A DNA stretch of 64,000 bases from Phoronis australis. Taxonomy: Eukaryota; Animalia; Phoronida. Below the pieces are notes generated by a model that worked only from the letters and a program-made list of their open reading frames with translations, searched no databases and had not been told where the DNA came from. This document shows, in pieces, positions 1 to 14,400 of this stretch (the stretch's first letter is position 1; the number at the start of each line of letters is the position of its first letter). The stretch is from positions 79,442 through 143,441 of the forward strand of contig NMRA01000791.1 in NCBI GenBank assembly GCA_002633005.1. Direction: 5' to 3'. A program made the translations under genes and the position numbers.

Positions 1-2140
1 ACGTTTGCAAACTCCTGGAGTACCCTTAGACCATGCTGAGACCGCGGCCATCAGTGACTATTTTTTGATTTGATGTACAAGTTAGCAGTCTGCTGTGACC
101 CAAGTAAACCAACCTCCACTCACATGCTGTTGTTCTACAATTTCCAGGGGTCACTGCAGTGTTCCCGGCAATAACCGCAAAATAAGATATACATATTTGC
201 ATTTTCAGTCAACTTTGTTGCGTTTATGTGCAAAGATGTACTTGACTAGGTTTTCATTGCCCAACGATTTGTTCTTACCATAGTCTTTTTAAGGCATCAA
301 ACGTGAGTGCGCTATTGTTCAATGAAGTCTATGTGCCTCCTATTGACAGGAGAGTATAGTTAAGATGTATTTGCATGTTCCTGACTATGCTAACAATGTC
401 TAGCAGGAATTAAACAACAATGCCAGTAGAACATCATCTACGCTAAACAAAGTGCAGTTGAATTCATTCAGAACTTGTAAATCTGAAAACAAAAAATCTG
501 CAACAAAGTGACCTTTGCACTAATGACTGGAAGTACCATGTGTGCTCACATAACCCGCATCATGCAGTGTTTTTCCCAACACCACGTAGTCACGATACCT
601 ACTGGACGCGGTTGAGTGATTTACGGCTGATCTCATTCAATACAAAATTTGTTCTTAAAACATTTGGCAATTTTCAGCGTACATGTACGTCATATTCACA
701 ATGCCGCTATATGTTGAGTTGCTAATTGTTTTGATCAAGCAATCACAGAGACGAGGAATTAGCGTGCAAGTTCCACGTTAAAGCGTTCCTACAATGGATG
801 TTTGTACTTTTGAGGTTTAGACCGTGTATAATAATTTCATAATGAAAAGTCTAACTAAACAAGCACTTTTTGGGGAAATAACTGAATTAAAAAAACTAAG
901 GATTTTTGTTTTCCCGGTGCGTGATATCCTCAGCTATGGAAAGTTGACAGTATCTACATGTATGCAACGGCGGATTATAGTGATTTTTTAAGTTGCGAAG
1001 ATTCAGAGAGCAATTTTGGCGAGTACTATGAAGACAGAGAGATACTGAGGGGTGAAGACAACACTCAGGCTATAGGTGAAATATCGGCAGACTTTGCGTG
1101 TCTGACTCCGTAAGAAATCTACCCTCCCGCCTTCAGCGAATTAAACCGAGTTGGAGCTTACTCAGTCTGCGGACAGTCGTAACTTTAGAGTGGCAATTAA
1201 ACCCTTTTAAAGGGTCATGGTTCAATTTTCAAACAACTTTTGTATCAAGTAATAAGTGTCTCGAACTGTAAATCTAAACGGAGTTTTTACGCTGACTGTC
1301 AAAGCCCAGCCCTGAATCGCGGACACTGATTTCTTTACTTCGAAAGCCGAAAGCGTTTGTCTGGAAAAATCATATCTCATAATAATGATGCTCACTGGAA
1401 TTTACTTCTGGTAAATAACACTGTTTCCGCCTTGTCTGTTCCAAAATCGGGAAAAGCTTGGGACTGTGCTGATTCGTCGATTATTTCGGTTCAGCGTCCG
1501 ATTCCACCCTCTTTGCCGGCTGCGGTGTCACCTCAAACTATCTGCATGGAATTTACATCCCATTTTCTTCCATTGGACATTGACGTACATGTACATGTAT
1601 ACGTGGAATCCATGTATTCCCACAAAATCCTGAACGAAAATAGACTGGTGGAAACTTAATGCAAGCACATTCATAATCTCAGTCACGATTTGATGTTGTC
1701 AATGTGTGCTTGAAAACTACAGTACGTTCCTAGCAATGGTACAACACAATACATGTTTTATGTATTACATACGTTGGAGATACCTTCATCAAATCACCGT
1801 CTCAGCTACGGTTGGAAGCGTGATTCCTAAAAATGGGCCGAGCCCAGTGTAGCCCCTGAACTGAACGCTTACTCCAAACTTTGCACTGTCATGCTTGCGT
1901 CCGACGTACGGACTCGCTTTGGCGACATCACAACGGCTCGCCGCTGGTGTCGAAAAAAACAAAAGCGGAGACCGGATACACTCATCAAGTAACACAGATA
2001 TGTTTTTATTTTTGCATTTATTTTTTATTAAAAGTACACACAATCAAGGAGAATTACTTAAAATGTCATGGTGTGACGGATTTAAGAGATACATTACTAG
2101 CAAGGATTTCAACCTATTTAAATCACTTTTCATGTTCAAG

Positions 2141-2435
2141 CTAAATGACGGTGGGGAATTCATGCTCTCCGAGCGAAGCTTCAAGAACTTCATTCGCAGG
2201 AGCTACCGTGTGTACAAGCGAGGGATCTATGCTTCGCCGCCTATGTTTGACTTGGCGATACCTTCCGAGAGCGAGATGGGTTACGGTCACGTGACGTACG
2301 GAGAAGGCGGTGATGCAGGAGAAAGAGACAACTCGACATACACGTATCGTGGAGAACATGACCGAAAGAAGCGGGGGATAAGAGTTCCTAAATATCTCTG
2401 GACGGGAGCAAGGATTCCTTACACCTTCAGGCCAT
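2141..2435 (+). CDS. Astacin copy 1 exon: prodomain, furin-type site RKKR, start of mature protease ([18 protein letters not shown])
   Basis: ttcaag|CTA...CCAT|gtgagt; conserved in copy 2; W...IPY start typical of astacins. Confidence 0.88.
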
Positions 2436-5400
2436 GTGAGTGATTTCCATTCTCGTTTCTTAATGTGTTGTACAAATAAGTTATATCGAAATATCGACAA
2501 TTTTGTTATTTGTGTTGGAACAGCAATTTAATTTTCTTATACTGTTTCGCCAATGTTTTTAATAAATCAGTTGATTGATACAAATCTTAATTCTATACTT
2601 TTAAACTGACATCGTAATTGGCGGCAATGAGGCATGAATAAGGTGCACAAACTTGAATGGAAATACACACATTTAACTCGTTTTACAGTTATTTGGAGCC
2701 TTTTCATTAACATACTTCGATGTTGCTACAATATGCATTTTTCTTTTGCGTTGTTTTTGCAACCATGGGCTAACTGAATGACCTTCGACTTTCACGGCTG
2801 TTGAAAATAAGAAACTCGACCCGTTTCACTTCACTTTTCCAACTGTCGTCAAGAGGCTTGCTGTGGGGGTATGCAATTACCGCATTAGCGATGGCTTCAC
2901 GGCAATAAAACACTGCCTAAATGATTGATATATAGTTGACTAAAATTGGTGACATTTTAATTGCTTGGCGTCTGAAATTGAATTCCTCGTAAAATTATGT
3001 TGTACATTTCTATTATGTTTAACTCGACTTGCACGGCTGTCCAGCGCTTTGCTGTTTCTGACCAAAGCTAATAACTTCAATAAAACCACCATACTCCAAA
3101 AAAGCCCCATAATACATCTTCGTTCATAAAAATATCTTTTCCCTTTAAAATAGTTATTGCAGCTGCTACGAGCATTTACGAGGAAAAATGATTACTGGAA
3201 TCTCGAGCTTGGTCAGTCTTTCGAAATGTGTGCATTCAGTTCAATCGCATGTAGTGGAAGTTGTAACTGGATGTTAAAATTATGATGTTACGGATTTTTT
3301 TGCTTTTGGGACTCAGTTAGCATTCACTCTCTGGGGATTTGTGTGAGATGTTTAGTTTTGCAATTGCTAATTTTCTGGAACGGGTGAAGTCCACTGGAGT
3401 TCTGAGGCCGTCAAATTGTTCAGTCTGGCTGCGGAAAGTATGGCCTTGTTTGATGATAATTAAATTTAATGTGTAATTAAAAAGCTCACCGCCATGTATT
3501 GAAATTTAGACTTGATGAAATGTTCAAGTTTATAGACGTAAACTCTCGTTGACTTCGTGTTACCCGGCTTTGGAGCCCAAGAGCCGGCGAGTGCGTAATC
3601 CTCGTGGGCGCGGCCTCGGCTTTGTTCGCACCGAAAGTTGAACACTATTCACCATCGCCAAACAATTAGTGTGCCCGAAACTGAACCAAACTAATAATCG
3701 TGTTGTGCATTGATGACTTTACTCCTTTGGAATGGGCAGTTTACTACACTGCCAGACAGCTCAGATAGGTACATGTAGCCGGCCTACTCACCAGGCCATC
3801 CCCGTCACCAGTTGAGACTGGCCAACTTATCCCAATGGGACCTCCAGAATTCTCCTTTCACAAAAACCGTCTGTTGTGAGCTAAATTTTAAAAAGCAATC
3901 CATTTGATTTTAATTGGCATTTCTCTGAATTCTCGTTTCAAAAAACCGAGAACATACCATCATAATCCTTTTGTGGGTTTATGAACACATCTGCGGTCAC
4001 TATAATTAAAAACACAAAAAAGCATTGCAGGATCGACTTAAAAGTAGTCAGGAGGGTCTGGCACTTTCTTATATTCACCACTGTATTCTCGCAGGCCGTT
4101 GACGTCATCGCTTTCAGTGTTCCCACCTTCCTCACAGCTTAACGCGACATCTGTCGACCTGTGTGGTGGACAGAGCACGAGGTGATTCAGACACAGACTG
4201 ATTAAAATAAAATGAAAGAATACCTTAAATTGCGAGGCACATGCCTTTAAGAATGGTATCTACTTTCGTTCTAGGTAGGTATACGTGCACATGTACGACA
4301 CCCACATTTCTAGGTTTGCAACATGTATATACGCTGGCCGTAGTTTTCGTTTTAGATATTATAGATGAGGTTGAAATATTCAAGGCCAAGTGACAATCCT
4401 TCCCATGATAGATATCAGTTGTTCTCGGTGAGTATCGTGCACCCTAAACCTTAATAATTTGATTCATGAATATACCATTGATTCAAATACCCCCATTGTA
4501 TTGCAGATAAATACACATCGGATCAGAAGGCGAAAGTCTTTGCAGGCATTGCAAAGTTGAGACAGGCAACTTGTTTAAATTTCATTCACTATCAGTCTAG
4601 CACCCCTAATGAGCCCTATGTGAGGTTTTCAAGAGGAGGGGGTGGGTAAGTAACGAGAGCGCAAAAGAATGATGTTGAACATGCAATTATTTTCGAAACT
4701 TTCGAATTGTTCAGATGCATTTTCAAATATGATCTCTGAGAAAATAAAGTTGATACATTGTTCATCTACCATAAAAGAATATTAATAAAATTCTGTATTG
4801 ACTCGTTCACCCAAACTAAATTCTGCCTGTTGTTATGATCATGACTTCTAAGACGTATAAATCCGTTGAGAGATAAAGGAATTAGAAACCTAATACACTT
4901 GCTCACAAAACGGTTCTTTGGTTCGAGGTGGGTGCTGTCTTCCAACGACCGTCAACGTGACCCAAAATTTTGGTTACGCGTGCTGATTTACAAGAATTTA
5001 TGAATGTGCATGTAATACTGCATTGAGTAAATGGCTGATTAACTGCATGGTATTGGCCTGTAGTTGTTGCACTGTTTGTTTTGCCAGACTCATTAACGAT
5101 TAGGGTACCCAAAAAAGTTTTATATCAAATTGGTCAGTTGACATGAACCTTCAGTCTAAGGTCTGATATAGAACGCTTACCACTATAAAATTGGTCTTGA
5201 CTACGCAGGGGAAAAATCTAGGTTTACAAAGAGCTGACAGTTCGTTATTCCTCGCTGGGCAGATAAAATGACACGCCCTTTCAAGCCAACTTGTTAAGTC
5301 TGAAATCAAAGCAATAATGGGCGGTGACTTCTTTTGAGTCCGTGAAATCATCCTCACTTTGATTATGGCGCAATGGGGGTTCTCTTAGATAGTGATCCGC

Positions 5401-8400
5401 GTGTTGGCGCTGCCAACAATTTCATTCGATGTCGTCTGCCTCTCACGGCTCACAGGCGGAGACTAGCCATACAAATGGTGGTCGGTAAAACATTTGAAGC
5501 ATACACCAATTTTTGTTGCAAATCCAAACATTTGATGAATGCCACCACCGTTTGATGACTTCATTTCATTCAACTGAAAACATAGCGTACTGTTTTTCAC
5601 AACAATAAGAATGCCACACGTGCAAGAAATCCAAGTCCCTTTGGAAAGATTAACTAAAACTTCGGCAAAACAGATGCGCAAACAATTAGCAGTTTGACAA
5701 GCACTCAGAAGTTTCCTTTTTTCACATACTTAAAGCTAGCCATAAAAGCTCATTTTACATATTGATCACTAGGCGAAAATCGAGTAAACAGTATATTACG
5801 CGAGCCAGTGGATCGCCAGGTTCGACCGAAGTCACAGCTTCTATGGTCGGACAGCGGTTTACAACAACCGGTAGGAAAGCAAGCATAGGTTCTCTGATCG
5901 GGCGGCAAAATTTAATGGTTTGGTGCAACAGCGAGAAGTTTCATCTTCAGTCATAGTCAGTTAGTAACCTTATAATCCCTAAGAGTATCACACAGGGGGT
6001 GCTGTGCGTTCTTCGAGTTTATACGCCTTCCCTAGGTGGCAGCGAAAGGACCCAAATCACTCGGGCGATTGTTTATTAAGGTAATGTTATCGTATCTCAG
6101 AAACACGTTAAAACTAATGCTGTTCTTATTTAAAATGATTCTACACCAGTTAACCCTGTATTTCATGAATATAAGGTACTCAGCGAATACGACCACTGCT
6201 TTTCAATACGAATATTATTTACTCAGTGTAGAAAGAACTGAAATTCGTATGGACTGAAAGGCTAAAAATTATCTTCTAAATCTGCTTTAGATGTGAGCCC
6301 CTCTTATGTGCAGAGTGCACTAAACATTTTTCGTGAGAAAAGTTCCCCCTCAGGAACTGTCGTCGTAATTCTTGCCTCACAATACAGAGAGATGAGAACG
6401 ATACATGTACATTTATACATCTATACCTTTACGCCATTGTCAAAGTATGGAATGTCCAACCAAATGAAGAAATTCGAAAATAATTTTACTTACATTTTTA
6501 AGGATACAAAAAAGAAGTAAAAAACAAACATTATACTACTGTAAGGGATTTAGCCCACAAGAGCGTCGAAAGGCTCGCAAAGAAAAGAATGTCTGAATGA
6601 AGACACACGCCATGCAAGTCTGATTATACACAACAGGCAGTGCCGGGTAGCGGTCGTGGACTTAATAGGCCTACGCAATCACGAAGTGAGGGATAGGTGG
6701 CAATAAAGTTCACCGTTATAGCCGTACTTTAGTGAGGCAGGATGAAAAAGTCCGACTCCCAGGCTCGTTGACTTTGCTTTCCCATCCAATGATTGATAAT
6801 GAGTATTTTTACCCCCATTATACTACTATTCTGTCACGGTAACTAACTGTCACCATCATTCGAACAAATCGAAACCTAATCAAATTGCAGTGTTGTTATC
6901 GTCCACAGCCATTGACGTGAAGTTCTTCCTGTATCTATTTTGGTCGGTACCCCCTTATATAAGAAAATCACCAAAGGCATTCCATTTCAGACCAATTTCA
7001 TAGAGGAAATTTAGTTTTGCGATGGGTGGTGGTTTTAAAGCAGCTTCAACGTAAAGAAATAGCGCTCTTGAATATTTCCAGGTGTTCCGCTTCTGTTGGT
7101 AAGAAAAGAAGCAGAAGTCCAAGATATCGGATTTCGGGTGTCAACCTTGGCAACAGTGGTGACGCGTGTCTGGATGTAAGTATTCAAAGTATTTCGTAAA
7201 TTAAAACAAATCCAGCCTCCGCAGTCGTCTGCTTCCATATGTCACATGTAGCACTTAGGAATACTTGACCGATGAACTGCTGTGAAGATTCGAAATTTCC
7301 ACATTATTGTAGGATATCTATACCTAAAAGACGCCATTCTATGAGCTTGTCCTCGTAGATGTTCTTTCCATAACAAAATTTGTACAGTTTCGAGGATGTC
7401 TCCAGAAGGTAGTTAATTTGCGGCTCGGTTCCTCTTGACGTGTTACCTGTACCAGCTCACGCTTTCTCTTGGTATGACCGTGCACGTTGAAATGCTTTCA
7501 ACCTAATACAATCTGGAACGTAATTGTACATAGTTTTTCTTTTGTATAAAATTACACATGCCATTTCTATTTTCACTCATTTCTTCATAGCCTTCATTCA
7601 TTAAATTTGCGATTGTTTAAGATTGAGACAGTGGTACATGGAATCCGGATCACCTTCAAAAATGCCTGTGTTCACCAACGTAAACATAATTCGAACCGTT
7701 ATCGTTCATACATGTATTTCTATTTTAGAAAGTGCATACCTTATTGCTGTTATTCCATTGGGTCTCTTCATTATTTCATTTACAATCGTTTTAGATTGGG
7801 ACAGTCGTACATGAAATTGGTCACGCTATCGGTCGATGGCACGAGCAGAGTCGAGAAGATAGAGGAGCCTTTGTAGATTTCAACCTTGACACTTCGGGAG
7901 ATGCTTCGCAGTATTGGGTTAGCTCTGGGGAATATAGAGGACGTTCCTTCGTACCCTACGACTACACCAGCATAATGCATTATGGTTCACGGGTACTGTT
8001 ATAAATATTGCCTTGCTTACACGATCATGTACGAAAAAGGGTGTGCAAAATGGCTTCGTGAAACAACAAATAACATGATGAGGAAATAAATAAAAATACA
8101 GAGTCAACTATATTTATTATCACGAGCTAGAATTTACGCGAATCACCTTTGCGGGTTTATGTTTGTTTTCACTTCTATTCCTGCTCATGTTTACTAGTAC
8201 ATGTAGTTGCTGAAAAACATGTTCTCCGATTTCAAACTTTGCATATTGCTTTAATTCGCCAAAATGAAATAATGTATTCTTGGATGAACCTTAATTTGTT
8301 TTATAAAATCATATTCCATGTTTACTTCAGGGTTTTACAGTAATAAACGAAGACGGCATGCGGGCCCTAGACGCAGATTTAACTTTCTTAATGAACGGCG

Positions 8401-11400
8401 CCGGACTACTGTCGTATTACGACCAGAAAGTTCTAAACCTAGCCTACAATTGTTCCCGTAAGTATAACTCGACCAAAACAATGAAGTCTACCCGTTCTCT
8501 TAATTGATGTGATTCCATACTCGCCGAATTGCTGTTGAAACGATTACAAGGATTGACTGACTGAACATCAATTTGGCTCTACATACATGAAAGTCTTGAT
8601 AGTCATTCGACGTCAATTGGTTGCATTGCACATTTTTGAGAGCTTGGAACTTCCGATTAAATAGATTGGCACTTTGCCCATTGGATGGTTTATTAATAAT
8701 TTGTGTGGCTGGGTTGGAGTCACAACTGCAATTGTAATAATAACCGATAGTTAGTTGCCACATTTGCGGTTGAGATCTGCAATATTTTATGACGACTTGA
8801 GGTAAAATGGTCACCCTTGAAAGCTCAATATTTTATCCTGATAGAAATTTTAATTAAAAAATAGTAAGCCATTCCATTCAGAATGGGACCCTAAATGACA
8901 TGCTTTTCTTAAAGAGGAACCAGGAAAATAATGCAAATGGTATCTCATTAAATGTGAATTACAACCGGCCTACATGTATCTCTGACAGAGAAACTGGATT
9001 AAGTTCACTTAAGTCTACGGTAAGATTTGTCGCAACTTCCAAGCTTTGAAACTTCCGCATCCGGTAAGTTAGTCAAATCTTAAGTAAAAAATTTAAGTCA
9101 AAATTGAGATTACTTTCTTGAAATGGAGTTAGACAAATTTAAGTTTTATCTTAAAATTGGCTGAAATATGGGATTTGTCGTAGCTGCAACGGGCTCTAGG
9201 AATGCAATAGACAACTTGAACATTTAAATAGCGTTTGGTTCTGATGAAATTCCAAATGAAATGATCGAGTCCTATAATATCTTTGACGTTATTGCCAGTT
9301 ATTTGATCACATGTTTCTCCACCGGCATGGTACCATCTCTACGGTTGAAATGTGTTATTGTAAGAATCCCGAATAGCTCTGCTTATGATCCTTTTGTTCT
9401 GTTTAATTACATGGTAATTTTTATTGTAAACGTTTAAGTTAATCGGCGAGGTATTGCTATGCCAAATCTAATAACTTCCTAGTGGATGAGTAAAATGGTT
9501 TAAAAAAAAAGTTCCGTGAGGACTACAAGTTTGTTTTATCATTCATTGTAAAAAATTTACTGAAATTCAAGCGAAATAAATTTTCTTGCTTTATTGACTT
9601 TTAAAAGGCTTTCATCTGAGTGGAAACAGACCTTCTCCTGAAACGGTTTGACAAATAAGTTATTAGGAATCAGTATTTTGTAATGAAGCCTCTCCTCGAG
9701 AACACATCGGCCTGTATTCGCAAGAAAATATGAACTTCGTTATTAATGGTTCGTCTTGCGAAATGAAAACCTAAATCCCAAGAAACAAGTGAGATAAAGG
9801 TTTTTCGACCTAACTCGAATCAAGACCCTGGACTGACTTTCTTGTGAAAGGATCATTCTTGCTATGGGGTCTTCCACTTTTACTACACTGAAGTTCCCAC
9901 CAGATGGCGAGGACTAGTCTGCGTGTTATGTACCAAACAGTATACACCCGTTGTAACGTTTCGTTTTTCGGTGTTCTAAAAGGCACCCACAGTGTTTTAT
10001 TTCTAGTAAAGTATTTTTTGTGTACTTGAAGGTGGTTGTTCCATCAGAAGCTGTGAAAATGAAGGATTTGTGACGAAACAGTGTAGGTGCAAGTGTCCAC
10101 CGTTTGTCGGAGGATTAAGGTGTGAGCGCGTGACTACAGGTTGGTACACTGAGAACAAGTGCTACAAAGTGTGACTTGTCAGTATATTTGACAGTTCTTA
10201 GGCATCTGAATTTGCGGCCAATTTCTCAGTTGCTACCCAGCAATGCCTAATTGCAACCGGGGTCGCCATCTGGGAGTAGAGTGCAGCTACAGCACATTTT
10301 GTAAGAGACACCAATTAAATGTTTCTGCAGTTTTTGCTAGATAATGCATGGACTCGTGGGTTTGGGACCTCATGGCATTAATTTTCATGTATAACATTAA
10401 CAAATTGCAACTACTTAAAATGCATATTGCTCACGAGGAATTTTGAAGAGAGGTTGATAACGCTTTGAGCCCCCCAGGTGTCTGTGAATGCAAGAGAACT
10501 AGTGCCAATGCAACCCATTCATTTCCACTGGTTACAATGTCGCCTATTAGACCTATAAAACCTTGCGCTATGTCCAGTAAATGGTAATTATTACACGAGT
10601 GGAAAGTTGTAATACTTTGAAATATTTTGACAGGATGTGGTAGAGTAGTAAATGTTCGAGACAATGTTATCATCAAGTCACCGGGATATGACCAAGGCTC
10701 CTATCAAAACGGACTCAAGTGTGCATGGATTGTGAAAGTAAGCTAAATACATGTACTTACATTTAATCTTATTTTTTATCAATGTGTTCTAATTATAGTG
10801 TGAGTTTTCACCAGAAGCTGAATTCTTATTAATTACAAGTCCAGGAAGACCTTACGAGCACATAGGGAATTGTGCCTCATTATAAACTTTTTGTTACAAT
10901 GAATTGCCAACGCGTGAAAAAAGAAGGACCCCTGGCAAGCATTTGATATTCATGACATGTGTATTTGTTACAGCAGCATGCTAAACTATACTAAATATAC
11001 AGTTTTGTATTTTGACGACAGTTTTCCTACAGCCAGCTGGCTGGCTAGATCAACTATATCTGCATTTTTCTAGAGCCCGCCAAAGACTATAATGAAGTTG
11101 GAGTTTCTAGATTTTAACGTAGAGGACGATCTTGCAAATTCTCTTTGCAAAGATAGCTTGGAAGTGCGACACCTTGGTATGGGAATGTCGGGATTAAGGT
11201 AAAGCAAAAGTAGAGGATTGGTGTCACCCACCCAAGAAGTTTTTACGTGTTTGTAAATGTGCTACGATGGGAAGCCTGTGTGTTTGTTACAATAATAATA
11301 GTTTGAAGGAATCCATCCCAATGGATGGTTTCGGTTGGTATCTACAGTACGAGACACAAGTAATTACACAAAATATATTTACCATTGATTTCCGAGGGTC

Positions 11401-14400
11401 TTTTCATAGGTAGTCATTGAAGTGAAATGTTCGCTCCTCTTCGGGGTCTGTTCTCCGAGTCTGAATGTCCAGTAGTCTGAAGCAGCCCTTGCATACTCTC
11501 AACATGCATTCCGCGGTCCAAAGCACTTTTGTACCATTAATTTTGTTAGTACACTCTGTAGGTATAAAGGGTTTCGTGAAATCTTCATAAAGTTTGCTCA
11601 GTCCGACGGTAATTTTGATTAATAGCGGTAGCTTGTTTTCTGCTAGTTGCAAAAAGGTTTTTTCTGCCGTAAATAGCGAATGTATATAAGGTCGGCAAGT
11701 CAGTAAGTATTATGTCACAAACATACACGATATTCTGATCAACAAATGTTAGATGACACACCTTTCTTGCACTGCAGGTTGTGTGGTGACCAAATGCGTC
11801 GCAAATTTGAGACTCGTTACAACAGTCTGTTGTTGATTTTCCGATCGAACAGTAACAATGGACGCAAAGGCTTTAAACTAAAAGTTAAAGTTGATTCCGA
11901 GACCGGTAAGTAGAGAAGAATGCATTGAAAATGTAAATAAAACGAGATACACGATATGCTGTGGTCATGAATGCGCAGAAGTCAAAGTCTGAATGAAGCA
12001 ACGCCGGTATAGACATACACCCAACATGCAAATCCGACTAATACCGACAGCGCAATGCTTGCGGTCATATAGGCTCAAGCAAATATACGAGAATGAGGAT
12101 AGATGGCTTTTAAAGCTTACTGTTACCGACCTACTTCATTGCGGCTGAATGAAAAGAAATACTAAAGAAGATCCAAAAGCGGACTTTAGCCTTTCACGAG
12201 CAAACGTTTGATGTTTAATCTATACCGTCAGTTTTGTTTTTCGTATAAGGTAGTAATAGCACTGCCACTGTTTTCGCTCATCTGGTTTAGTGACTGCCCT
12301 TGATTAACTTCGCCGTTTCAGCGATGTCAACCGGCTAAGACACCGGAGTAGTCTGTAATCCGGAAGTCGTCATCTAGAACCAATGGGATCTCTTACCCCA
12401 CTGACCTGGCGGAACCGGCTAAGTCAATCAAGTGTACCCAACGTATGATCTCCACTCCAAGTCACGCACTTCGAAAGCTAAAACTTGACGAATAATTCTC
12501 GCGCTGATACGTACAAGCCTTTTGGATTAAGCTCAATACTACGAAATGATACAGTAACTCAGTGCTACAATTCCAATTTGTTCACATGTTAAAACATGTG
12601 AACAAATTTTTTCTTAGAAACAGCTATCTCACAGAATAACCGAGTACGGTTTTCAAAATTGGCGCAGGCAAAGTGGTAAAGGGCTCAGTTTGTCCAACCC
12701 AATTTACCACTACCAAATACATGTATTTCTTCATTTTTGCTGTTACAAAACTAAGGAACATTGCTGTTCACACCACATCTTTAAGTCAAACAATCATTAC
12801 AGCTCGCGTTTCAAGAATTCTGCACATTTTTCAATTATCAGACGAATTTCGTCACAACAAAAGCCGTCTGTCACCCCCTTTGAGGTTCTGTACAACTCAA
12901 GTGGAAATCTTAGTTTCAAGACAAAGCTTTAATTTACACCCCGCAGTACAACGTGTAAAATGCACTTTGATGGCTGTAATTACGTATATCTTGGAAGCAA
13001 TACAATGTCTTAATTGCTTTTTACGAGTGCCAGTTCACTATATTGGAGCCTCTGTAAGGATGCCATATGCTCCGTCATCACGATATTCCTGCATCCTTGC
13101 ATGTTTCAGATTGTCGATCCAATCCTTGTCAAAATGGAGGCGAATGCAAAACCAACGAAATCGGTATGGCTTACTGTAAATGTGGCGAAAGAATGTCGGG
13201 TCGTTGGTGCGAAAGAGGTAGGTTGTTGCAAGAGAGTTTGCTTTCACTTCTGCTTACGCGAGCGAAACCTTTGTCCCCACGCGTTGATCTCAGTATATTC
13301 CAAAGACCATTTGGGTGTTCACAAACTCAGAAGAAAATTGGGACAAAATCGCCATCTTGTTGCATGATCTAGCATCTGTTCTATAGCCAAGCACATGGAA
13401 AATCCGCATGAGGTTATAAAAAACACTGTAAAATATAAAACACAGTCGTATCATTTACTTTGTACATCGCTGGTTGCTTTCAGAACATCTTAAAAATAAA
13501 AAAAAATGTTTGCAATTTTGATACCGTGGTGCTTTACAATCACCATAGTTATAAATGCAAACAGACGACCGGTTACTCGGCTGGAATGCCGCATGATTGA
13601 CGTCTGTTGTAATGCCTGTGATAAAACATATACATGTACATAGGGCTGCTATATTGGTTGTAACTCACGAGTGTGGGAACTATCTCATCCAACCCGGTGA
13701 AGTGCTCCTATCATCAACGATAATATACATACAAGTCTCTAACTAGATTCATCATGATGTCCGATATATGAGTAAATGTTCCATGTTTCGCGTCCACAAA
13801 TCAATTGAAACAATTACCAGAAACTTTCGGCTTCTTAGATATATCATGACTGAAGCCTTCACCCGTGTGATGTCTTGCCGCTAGACGTCGCTAGGAGTAA
13901 TACAGGGTTATACATACGGCAGAGTCTGTGAACACCATCGTTTCTGTTCACAGGAATACGCTGTTGTAAAATGCAGACGGTTTCCCCGAATCTTCCTGCA
14001 TAATCATTAACTTTTGTGTCGATTAAAATTGGCATCCAACCAATCCATTACATGATTTTGTTGAACAACTTGATTTGTAATAGTAGATTTGTGGAACTTG
14101 TTTCAGGATTCTTTTCTTGGAGCTCTTGTAAATGTTTTTTTTTCATAAATTTTCCTCGTTTTTATTTGTTTATTTAGTTTGTAGCCAAAAAAATTCGCCG
14201 TCACCATCATGTACATGTAGGACCTCTTGTTGGAGCCACATGTAATACGGTACATCACTCCACCGGTGTTTTCCACAGAACGTCTAATCCTTCAAGTGGA
14301 TCAGTTCTTGTGCCTTTTGACACAGGTTTCATGGCAGTCGCGATGTCAAGTTTTGTGAAAGTGTATCCGAGGGCCTCTTATATGCCTTCGACATACGGGA

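Noticed and set aside
993-1109. Possible upstream prodomain exon (CEDSESNFGEYYEDREILRGED...)
   Set aside because: Candidate donors give phase 1 or 2, not the phase 0 needed to join 2141, and the segment is absent from copy 2.
1895-2140. N-terminal extension of ORF 1895-2443 as the true start
   Set aside because: Open only in copy 1; copy 2 has a stop and indels here, and a good acceptor lies at 2140. Treated as intron.
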